From Selaginella moellendorffii (taxonomy: Eukaryota > Plantae > Lycopodiophyta): DNA of 9,609 nucleotides. Shown in pieces: positions 1 to 8,653 of the stretch. Within the stretch, counting starts at the first letter, position 1. Every line of letters starts with the position of its first letter. The notes below the pieces were generated by a model, which made no database searches, was not told the origin of the DNA, and saw only the letters and a list, made by a program, of their open reading frames with translations. Made by a program: the position numbers and the translations under genes. The stretch covers positions 1,290,736 to 1,300,344 of the forward strand of contig NW_003314302.1 of NCBI RefSeq assembly GCF_000143415.4, written 5' to 3'.

Positions 1-566
1 GTTTTTGCTAGTCTTAAGCTTCATTTACAATTACTCTCATCAATTTTCATACTTTAGATCATGAGTTTAAACATATTTTCTACTAAGGTGTTTTTTTATT
101 TGGGTTGTGAGGAAAGATCTTATTCTTTCTTTGATTTTGCCGCAAGTCTTTTGTTATAAACTTTGTTTTAGAACTCAAAAAAATGTTTGTGAGTGAATAC
201 CCCATGCAATTCATTTGTTTTTCCTTTGTTTTAGTAGCATTTGGTCAAGAGGAGGTCATTTCCACATCTTCTTGAGTATAGAGCAAGTGTTAAGGCATTT
301 TTAGGCATTTTGTTATATATCCTAGAGCATGTGGCAAGTACTTTACCCTCACAAGAAATTTATTTTTGCTTTGCTTGAGGTTACCTCCAGACTTATCCCG
401 TAATTGAGCATTTGTTGCACCTTGCATATTTCATGCCTGTATGCATAAAGAGTATAGAAAAGTGGTTAATTCTTAGTTCTCTCTCAACTCCCTGTGTTGG
501 TGGAAGGTTTTTTAGGGTTTAATGAGAGCTAGATTATCACACTACTAGGTTTTTTAGGGTTCATCA
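1..566 (+). mobile_element. Probable 3' part (U5 end) of a 5' LTR of a Ty3/gypsy element
   Basis: Non-coding tract ending ...GGTTCATCA (566). It is followed after 2 nt by TGGTACAGAT (PBS-like) and about 140 bp later by a gag ATG. No second LTR copy is recognisable in the window, so the boundary is inferred. Confidence 0.45.
505..561 (+). repeat. Exact 15-bp direct repeat AGGTTTTTTAGGGTT containing the plant telomere/telo-box-like core TTTAGGG
   Basis: Identical copies at 505-519 and 547-561, read directly. Confidence 0.9.
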
Positions 567-568
567 TC

Positions 569-580
569 TGGTACAGATAC
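569..580 (+). promoter_or_regulatory. Degenerate primer-binding site, possibly for tRNA-iMet
   Basis: TGGTA-CAGAT resembles the canonical TGGTATCAGAGC with one deletion and 3' mismatches. It lies 2 nt after a CA and upstream of gag. Confidence 0.35.
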
Positions 581-704
581 TAAACTAGCAAATTCACATA
601 GTGTACCCTACTTAAGATTTTTACTCAAATTGCAAATCCACCACTTCTAGAGAGGATTTCCTAGAAATCTTGAGTACTAATCAATAGTTATAAATCAACC
701 AAGG

Positions 705-1322
705 ATGGCACAACAACCTCCACCACCTTCACCACTTATGCTAATTGTGCATGTGTTGCAATGCGGTCTCAAGCTCTTTTTCTTTGAGCTAAGGATAGAC
801 ATAGGATCACTTTGCAACATTCTCTTCTTACAATGCTAGCAACCAAATCATAGATGATATGATGAAGTGCAAGGCATTCACTCAATCAATGCATGGACAT
901 ACATAACAATGGGTACTTGTGTTGGAGGTCGAGGAGAAGCAAAACTTTGACACTCTCCTTTAGACGTTCATAAGCACATTCTCTTAGGAGGTTCCCTTGC
1001 AACAATTTATTCAAGACTTGTTCCAGTTTTGACAAGGTGCAAATAAGTCCATATTAGACTATATGATGTGATTCAAGGCTTTTTGAAAGATTTACCTTGA
1101 TAAGAGAGTGACACAAGAGGATTCTATTTTAGTGTCAGCACTTGTACAAGGCCTCAAGCCTAGACTCCAAAGGAAAGTCACCAAATGCCACCATGCTCTG
1201 ACGCTTATATACATGCTACGAAGCTTGAGTTGCAGATGTTCTATGAGCTTGGTATCTCCTTTATTAAGGAGCTCATCCAAAGACCCCAAGCAACTTGTCC
1301 TTATACTTATTCCATTTTTTAA
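705..1322 (+). pseudogene. gag: Ty3/gypsy retrotransposon gag (Retrotrans_gag capsid-like), pseudogenised
   Basis: One frame from 805 to about 1195 reads DHFATFSSYNASNQIIDDMMKCKAFTQSMHGHT*QWVLVLEVEEKQNFDTLL*TFISTFS*EVPLQQFIQDLFQF*QGANKSILDYMM*FKAF*KIYLDKRVTQEDSILVSALVQGLKPRLQRKV. After a frameshift it continues SDAYIHATKLE. This matches the gag pattern C+AF.xSL.G.A.xW...F..L...F...F...L....QG.ES+.DY..RF...F..GL. A Pro-rich start MAQQPPPPSP lies at 705 in another frame. Confidence 0.88.
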
Positions 1323-2673
1323 GAGTTGTTAGGTAAGGCATTTTTGGCTCATTAATTTTGATATTGTTAGTATTTGCATCTAGTAATCATTGGTGATGAT
1401 TGTTTATTATCTAGGATAGTTAATTATCCTTGTCAAAAGTTTTGCTAGATTATTGTTGGTGTTGAATGATTTACTATTCTTCATTATGGTAGTTTATTTC
1501 TTCAACAATGATTGTGCATCTTTCTATTGATGGGATGATTAATATTCTTTCATGATAATTAATTGTTTTCTTTGATAGCTTATAGTTTTTTGCAATACCA
1601 CATATTTTTTGTGGTTTGCTCTGGATTAGTCTCTTGGGTTTGAAACATCAATAGAATATTACTGCCTCTTACTTAAGAAACTTGAGTTCTTTCTTATTGT
1701 TGAACGGGATTTATTTAGATTGGCTAATGCGATAGTTGGCATGAATGAGTGTTTGTTGGTCTTACATTCATTTTGTTTTACTGATTATTGCTATGGTTAG
1801 TTTTGATAAATTGAATGTTATTTCATTTGGATAATACATTCGCGAGTATTTTGGTTTCCAATCAATGATACTTTATGTTCTTTGAGTTATCTTATGCAAG
1901 TTGTTTAGCATACTATCTCACTCTTTGATAATTAAGTTTAATCATTGAGTTTCTTAATGATACACTGGCTATTGAATTTTCTTGGATAGTGAATCCTATA
2001 TTTTTCAATTAAAATGATCTTGGTGGTTTTTGTACTCTAATACTAGTTTATCGGATGATAACTTACTTGGAATACTTTTGTGTTCTTATTTAAAATTTAT
2101 TCATTGATCTAAGATATCATTGTCTATAACTTTGTTATTGTCCATCTCTTGATTTTTCTGTTTGGGCCAATATAGGTAAATTGGCTTTGGCACTTCATGT
2201 GCATAGTGAAATCTTTAATCATAGGGTAGATATTGTCAATTGGTCATATCACCTACCTCTTTGTTGATGTTCTTTATTTCATTGAAAGGGTGTGACCGTA
2301 TAAACAACTTTAATTGTTTATTTATAATAGTCTATTTAAACTTTATTAACAAGTTTGGTTTCTTTACTCATGAGGGTTGGGGTCTCTAGATTCTCTTTCT
2401 ATGTCCTTGCAGGCAGGGGCATATCACACTTTTGTAAGCTAGGCGACACCCAGAAAAGCAAAGGTGGCTAACTCTGTTGGTCATTTCCTTGTCAACGACT
2501 GCCGAAAGATGTTTGAGTTGGTAGTACATCTACATTAGACATAGAGGTTACCCTAACTCATTTAAGTTGGTGCTTTTCTCATATAGTGTAATCACCGTGA
2601 ACTTTTTTTAGAGTTGTTTCCTTGCAAGTGGCTTAGACTCGAGTATGCATTAACAAAGATGTCGATCTTCTCT

Positions 2674-2686
2674 AAGGGGGGGAGAG
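2674..2686 (+). promoter_or_regulatory. Polypurine tract (PPT) of an LTR retrotransposon
   Basis: AAGGGGGGGAGAG lies immediately before the TG that opens the 2687-3669 LTR. Confidence 0.78.
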
Positions 2687-3669
2687 TGTCACAAGTGTGA
2701 CTTTGAGTATCAAAAGGTACCTATCGGCTAGTCTTTTCAAATATTCTTTCCTTACTGCCACTATGGCACAAAGTCGGTATTGCTAAACCCTTTATCAGTC
2801 CATCTTGTGCCAGTGGAGTTAACTGAGCATTTCAAGTGTATTTAGATCGAATGAGCATAAGGATGGAATTCCTACATGCTATTGGCTAAGCATACTTAAC
2901 TCGATAAAGAGTTCCCATCTTGTTATATCTTGCACTGGCTATTGATAAGAACTTTGTGTATTGAAACTAGTCCCTCAATATTGCTGGATGATAGTTTACC
3001 GTGTCTACCAAACACCTTCGCTATTATACCCTTTGTATTAGTGTTTTTCTAGTCTCAAATACAATTATAGAAATTGTCTAGATTTGCTTATTTGGCATAT
3101 CTACGAAATGTAGAGATTGTCCTAAACATGATGGTGTTCTTCCTGTGTCCAAATTTGCAATCTAAGAATATTTCATATTTAGTAAGTTTCAAACTTGTCC
3201 CAAAGACTAACTCTTAGTACTAGGGGGGGTTCTAAATGTATAGTAGGGATAGTGGATAGGTCGGGCATGGTCGACCAACCTGAGGTATAGTCTAACTTCC
3301 GCTTGTGTGCTTGTCCTTGTTCTATGATCGGCTTGAGTCTAAGCCCAAATTCCATACCATGCTCATTAGTAAAGTACCTATATCCTCGCGTTAGGCCATC
3401 GGTATATTGAAATAGCGCTAGACTCTGTTTGGCTTTGTTTTGCATGCTAATCTTGGCATTGGGATGTTAGATACTCTAGGACTGTTCCAAGTCACTCTGT
3501 GCTTTTGTCCCTCTGCTCCTTAGGCTATACGCTCAAGAATTACCCCGTGTTTCAGTACTTTCTCCCTTTGGCTTCAAGTTTGAGAATTTGACTTTGTTCT
3601 TTCGTTCAGTGGCCCAAGGCCTTGAAACTTGAGATTGTCCTTTAGACACATAATATGTGGCATGTGACA
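2687..3669 (+). mobile_element. LTR (983 bp), 3'-LTR configuration
   Basis: Starts TGTCACAAG and ends CATGTGACA: a perfect 7-bp inverted terminus, 8/9 when extended. It is preceded by a PPT. The flanks GAGAG and TGTGG are not a target-site duplication, so it is not a simple solo LTR. Confidence 0.72.
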
Positions 3670-3772
3670 TGTGGTATATTAAGGGTTTAGGTTCTACTTC
3701 GTAGTTATCCTATAGTAAATCATCATGAGATAAAGGGTAAAAACCACATGCATTACATAAGTGCACAGATAA

Positions 3773-4282
3773 GGTGGCCAATAGGGGTTTAGAAAAATTC
3801 TACAAAGCTATATTAAACTTTGTATAGATTAGGTTCTTCAATTATGGGATCCTGTAAAACTGACTTTTAAAATGGATAGAGGGGATATTAAGATCACTCA
3901 AGATTTTATTTCTAAGCTTTTCTATCTCCCCGTAGAGCTAGATCAGTGAAATTGGATAGAGGGAGTAATTTTTCCTAATAAACTCAAATAGGGATATGTT
4001 CATCTAGAATACATGTCTTCTGAAAAGATTTATCTTTATGCTAGAGAAACACTCATATATCTGAGTGCTTTCTTTGATAGGAAAGTTCCAAGGAAATAAA
4101 TCAAGTGATACATTAGATAGATATTTATTTCTCTAGAGTAGACCTTCTTTCAAAATCTTGTTAGTATGGCTCATAGAAATTTTCTCCAAGCAATGCAAAA
4201 TTTAGAGGGAAAAAAAAGGGGTGGATACTCTAAGAGCAACATCTATATTTTTCTTGCCCCATTCTATAAACTTTGCCAATAA
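3773..4282 (+). pseudogene. Transposon accessory ORF A, plant mobile domain (PMD)-like, pseudogenised
   Basis: A single frame without frameshift reads GFRKILQSYIKLCID*VLQLWDPVKLTFKMDRGDIKITQDFISKLFYLP...ETLIYLSAFFDRKVPRK*IK*YIR*IFISLE*TFFQNLVSMAHRNFLQAMQNL...SNIYIFLAPFYKLCQ*. It fits the GF..LL...L+..WD....F....+.IT..D+..+LGLP pattern of PMD/DUF1985-like plant transposon proteins. Confidence 0.6.
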
Positions 4283-4497
4283 ACTACAAGGATTAATGAG
4301 TAGATATTACTAAGCTAACAAGGAAAAAGAAATTCCACAATACATTTGCATATAAAAACATACAAAGGTAAAAGGACAAAAATTAGGGCTAACACATTAA
4401 GGCAAGGTAACCTAGGTAAAGTGAAGGTGGCTAAGGAACTTATTTTTCTCTCTTGCTCTTTCCCTTTCACTCATCTGACACCTACACCCCCGCCAAG

Positions 4498-4836
4498 ATG
4501 CACCGACACTCCAAGTTTAGCTTTGAAGCAATGTATGCCAACTCAAACATCACTTAAGGCCATGCAAGAGCAAATGTCATTGCTATTGCCTATTGGATTG
4601 AGTGCACCCTTGATTGAGTGGAGTAATCTTGTCCTCATGTCATTACCACCACTTTTGAAGCACCATTAATGTAAGATCTCACTTGGGCACTTCCGATAGC
4701 ACCACATTACATCTCCTGGTTGATTAATGCTGAGTGTTTTGCCTACAAGTTTCCACAGACAGCAAAAATGCCTAAGCAAAATAAACATGTGGAGGAAATT
4801 TTGTCCGATAATGAGGAGTTTGATATAGCCAAGTGA
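4498..4836 (+). pseudogene. Possible small decayed ORF, or N-terminal extension of ORF B; unknown product
   Basis: ATG at 4498 follows a pyrimidine-rich tract (4441-4470). The frame runs 113 codons with 4 internal stops and ends MPKQNKHVEEILSDNEEFDIAK*. No family is recognised. Confidence 0.25.
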
Positions 4837-6620
4837 AGTTGTTTAGGGAGTTTATGCTTTCTCCCTATGACAAATTTTGGCTTGATGCTTATAGGTTACT
4901 TGCCTATGCAGAGTTGCTCAAAGGAGAAATATCAATCAAGCAAAGGATCGAGCTCATGCAAAAGTGGTACACAACAAAGCATGCATTTCTCTTTTGCAAG
5001 TGAGTCCATCCCTTTGGACTCACCTAGTTTGCTTAGATTTTGCACCTAGACAACAAGGGCAAAATAATCACAATAAACAAGAAGGATCATATGCTCAATC
5101 AATACATCCCCCCTAACTACATATCCGAACAAAGAGGCAACTTCACCTACTTAAAGCCCGACTATCATACTAGGCTTAAGGTGTTGTATGCCATCATCGA
5201 CAGAAGGATGGTTGCACAAAATACCAGCATCAAGATAGCTCACTTAATAGAAGCTATTAAGATTGGATGGCAAATAAATATAACTCATTTTGCCTGCAAT
5301 GGATTTATAGCCGAAATAAAGAATGTTGCCTTATAAGTAGCCAAAGGAAGGTAAGTGAAGATATGAGTCTTTATCTTTTTATGGTGCATCTACAAGCATT
5401 ACACAGTTCAAGAGAATCTTCCACCTCTTTTTGCCATTAAACCACCACCTCCAGTATCTCCTTCGAGAGAGATAGTGAGGGATGTGGATGCAGAACAAAC
5501 TTCCCAAAATCTTGATAATATGGATTTAGGTGAGGAAAATTTTCCCCTCAAAAAGAAACTCCACTTAGATCTTGAAATCCAAGTTGCAAAACCTCCAGGG
5601 TTCATTCAACAGAAATCTTGTGGCCAAATATGCCATGGAAAAGCTAGATGCAACAAGTACTGTGTTAAAACACCACGCTCAGATCAGGAATAGAGTCATG
5701 ATTCGCCTATATCTATAGAGACAACCCCGATGTCGATGCAAATCTCTCCAAGAATCAAGAAATGAGCACATAACTAGACAATATTAGGTGAATGATGGAC
5801 ACTAAAGTTGTGAAAGAAATTCCACAACTTAGGCCACAAAGTCTGACGTACAATGTGCCTACAAATGTCACAAAACCATTGGTTGTAGACATAGCCAATG
5901 AGGTGAGTTTAGGATAAGAAGGTCACATCCAAGAAACTCATTGGGGCGAAGAGGATATAGGTGAACTAGAGGAGTATAGGCTTAGTCTTCTCTAATCCAC
6001 CTATGCATCTGACAGCAACACAGTTTCAGCCAATCAATCTAGCGAAACGAAGCAACCACAGTAGCAGCAAATGGCGCAGCAACACTACAAAGTCAAGGCT
6101 AACCACACCTTCACTCACAAGACCGCAAATCAGCTGAGCAAGCCATCAATTTGAAGCTTTATGGAGGAAGGGAAGAGGCAAGCAGCCAATCGACAAGCAG
6201 ATATAGCTAGTAAAAGATAAGGAAACAATGAAATAATGCACACAAGTCTTGAGCTACCCCAAGACAATCACCAAGAAAGTGGATGGAGTCATAGGTGAGC
6301 AAAATCATCAATGCCACATAATCCAAGAACTCAAGAGTACAATCTCAACTTCTAAATCCACAGATGTATAGTGCATCAACTGCCAAGACTAGCACATTAC
6401 AATGCTTGACCAAGAAAATTAGACTATGCATTAGGAACTCAACAATTTATGCCAAAGTATCAAGCTTATCATTATAAAGACCAAGCTCAATAGCCTGGAG
6501 TAGGATTTGGAGAATCCAACTGCCTGAGGATAAATAGTAGCTTTGTCATGGGGGAGTGATGAAGAAGTAAATGTTTTATCTTGTGTATCTTCCCAAGAAA
6601 AGCAAAAAAATTATGCTTAG
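4833..6620 (+). pseudogene. Transposon accessory ORF B: PMD-like domain, Pro/acidic disordered linker and coiled-coil-like C-terminus, pseudogenised
   Basis: One frame from 4833 to about 5610 joins the ORF-track pieces 5040-5336 and 5475-5693: LAYAELLKGEISIKQRIELMQKWYTTKHAFLFCK*VHPFGLT*FA*ILHLDNKG...LKVLYAIIDRR...GWQINITHFACNGFIAEIKNV...VFIFLWCIYKHY..KPPPPVSPSRE. W..T.HAF.F...ILHL...G resembles the PMD motif W..ETHTFH...IT L.D+..+LGL..G. Later frameshifted segments are Q/E-rich and heptad-like (MLDQEN*TMH*ELNNLCQSIKL..KTKLNSLE*DLE). Confidence 0.6.
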
Positions 6621-6977
6621 ATGAAATGAAGTTACATTTAAGCTTAGGCATCTAAAGAAGAAAGACCTGATGTAAGCAACGTTCATTATAAACAAGCAAG
6701 AAGCAGTTAAGAATAGTTATGAAATCATATAGTATATAAGTAGCATTTAGATGTGCTAAAAAATAACTCTTGCTCATTGTTATATATATTTGCATTGAAT
6801 TAACCATTTTTTTTTCCCATTTATGACTATTTGTGCAAAGTAAAGTTAAAAAAGTGATATATGCTTATGCTTACTCATGCCTTTGGGGTTTAAGGCTAAG
6901 TTCTCTTCTATTTTCTTTTCATTCTTTTTCTCTTCTCTAAGTTCTTGTCTCTGTTTTTTTATCACTATTTTGTATGT

Positions 6978-7159
6978 AGGGGCAAGAATGTAAGTATAGG
7001 TAGAAAAAACTTTACTCAAGCATAAATATTTAATAGTAGATATTAATAACTGTCAAAACTGACAATTTCATGGAATGATCTAAATTTTTTACTTTGAATC
7101 AAACAATCTAGATTTTTTATGGCTGGATGGAATAGCATATGAATCCATGATTAAAAGCA
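6978..7159 (+). mobile_element. Candidate PPT (AGGGGCAAGAA, 6978-6988) and start of an LTR (TGTAAG at 6989), interrupted by the Helitron
   Basis: A purine-rich tract abuts a TG after an AT-rich 3'UTR-like stretch downstream of ORF B. No LTR end is visible. Confidence 0.33.
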
Positions 7160-7185
7160 TTTATATATATAAAGTGATAGTGGGG

Positions 7186-7205
7186 AGGCCTTGGATCCTA
7201 GGCCT
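7186..7205. repeat. Near-perfect 20-bp GC-rich palindrome AGGCCTTGGATCCTAGGCCT
   Basis: Matches its reverse complement at 18/20 positions. Confidence 0.85.
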
Positions 7206-7620
7206 GGACTAGGATCAGTATCCATGGTTGTAGGAAAAATCATGTTGACATTTGGATGGCTAATCAATATCAGGCACACTAGCTGGAAGAGAAGAAGCCC
7301 ATTGGGTGTTGTGCGTGAAAGCCATAGATTAGAGAAGACACACGTTGGTCCAAGAATCACATTGCACCCATAATAGGAGAAATCTACCCATTGCCCTGGA
7401 TCCATTCCTAATAACATGTACTCTTGGCATCATCGAGTGGTGATGAAGGATGATTGTGTTGAGAATTGGTGCTGGGCTCACACCATACAGAGTTTAGGGT
7501 TTCCTGCAATCATTTGGAATCGACACTTCTATGGTTGCTGCATCACAGCCCGATGCTTCTACTTTTGAACTTGACCAGCACTAGAATTACTCTTGAGCTT
7601 CCAAGATCAAGACTAAGAAA

Positions 7621-7669
7621 GTAAGTTAGGCATTGATACTAAACACAATTTTTTTCTTTTTTCTTGCAG
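7621..7669 (+). other. Candidate 49-nt spliceosomal intron
   Basis: GTAAGT donor, CTAAA branch-like site, long pyrimidine tract and TTGCAG acceptor. The flanking exons give no recognisable protein. Confidence 0.4.
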
Positions 7670-7875
7670 TTTCAGTGTGACAATCAGGAAGAAGAAACTT
7701 TGTGCCATTCATAGGTGTTAGTAGTTGGAATGCTAGGAGAAGGTGTCTTGATGGGCTGGCAGCACAATAAATAATAGCAGCCGCTAATTTGGCCTTGAAC
7801 CACAACAATCTGGCCTTTTATGTGCTGTGGACACTTGAGATGTGTTTGTTTAGGTTTGTGGATGCCATCAAGTAG

Positions 7876-7902
7876 TAGAGCTAGAGCTAGAGCTAGAGCT
7901 AG
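7876..7902. repeat. Hexamer microsatellite (TAGAGC)4.5
   Basis: Read directly. It produces the poly-Ser in the 7868-8137 minus-strand ORF. Confidence 0.95.
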
Positions 7903-8224
7903 CCTTCAATGCCGCCAAAACCATCAGAGAGTTTGTAGCCCTTGTTCTTCTGGAAGAGAGAACAAGCCCAAAGTGAGTTCTTGAAGCCATAACTTGCAAA
8001 CCCCATCCACCTCTCATGGCCCAAGTGTCATTGTATTCTCCAAAACTTTGACGAGCTTCCCATTGAGCTCCTTGCCTTTTTCTCCAGCCGCCAGGCCCCT
8101 GAAAGCAACAGCATAGCTTGCATTGTCTATTACACAATTGCCTTCCTTCATCCTCTATCTTGTTCAGAAACTTGAGAGCCAGATCTTCCTGCCCGTTCTC
8201 TACATTCAGAGTGTTCTAGGAGAC
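7895..8224 (-). pseudogene. Pentatricopeptide repeat (PPR) gene fragment with two degenerate repeats
   Basis: The minus strand, across frameshifts, reads VS*NTLNVENGQEDLALKFLN / RMKEGNCVIDNASYAVAFRGLAAGEKGKELNGKLVKVLE and then MGFASYGFKNSLWACSLFQKNKG / NSLMVLAALKASS. Both fit the PLS-class pattern VSWN.+I.GY..NG....AL.+F..M...G..PD..++...L.AC. Confidence 0.75.
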
Positions 8225-8653
8225 AAATGTGATCAGCTCAAGTTGTTGATCAGTAAATCAGGCTTATTTGTGCTTCTGTAGTGCTAGTGGTGGTCAAGAC
8301 ACAATGGAAAGCATAGGAGGCTTTTTGAGTGCTCACCAGGGCCTGAAAAAGGTGTGCTAGTCTATGTCTAGGTTTTGTTGCTTACTAGATTAGTGTTGGT
8401 GCAACTTCCCTTCCATTACAGTTCAAGGTGTGTATAAATTGTGCTCCTATTGTGTGAAATTAGTCTTTGATTTTTTTATTTTTTTTGTGTCAGAACGTGA
8501 GTTTTGGCTTTTAGAATCTCTGAAAATTTTGAGATAAGTGCTTTGATTTTCTTTTATATTGATCACTGGCATCTACTTCTTACCTGAGTTTAAATTTGCA
8601 CTAGATAAGTTATTTCATTTCATTTATTGAATAGAATTTCATCCCTAGCAAAT

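Noticed and set aside
1092-1289. 65-aa minus-strand ORF
   Set aside because: It is the antisense shadow of the gag pseudogene.
2410-2428. GCAGGGGCA followed by TATCACA as another PPT and mutated LTR start, similar to GTAGGGGCA at 6976
   Set aside because: It needs a TG>TA change and has no matching LTR end, so it is too weak to call.
3179-3445. 88-aa minus-strand ORF
   Set aside because: It lies within the LTR and has no recognisable motif, so it is likely a chance ORF.
3874-3963. Repeated TGGATAGAGGG near 3873 and 3953
   Set aside because: Only two short copies inside ORF A in different frames, which is compatible with chance.
4346-5605. ORFs 4346-4669, 4867-5049 and 5408-5605 as separate genes
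   Set aside because: They are alternative-frame or antisense shadows of the accessory ORF region, or chance ORFs, with no motifs.
7151-7808. ORFs 7151-7417, 7191-7373 and 7626-7808
   Set aside because: They are short, two of them overlap, none has a recognisable family, and one crosses an intron-like poly-T tract.
7868-8137. 89-aa minus-strand ORF with poly-Ser as a real gene
   Set aside because: It is mostly an off-frame read of the PPR relic, and the poly-Ser comes from the TAGAGC microsatellite.
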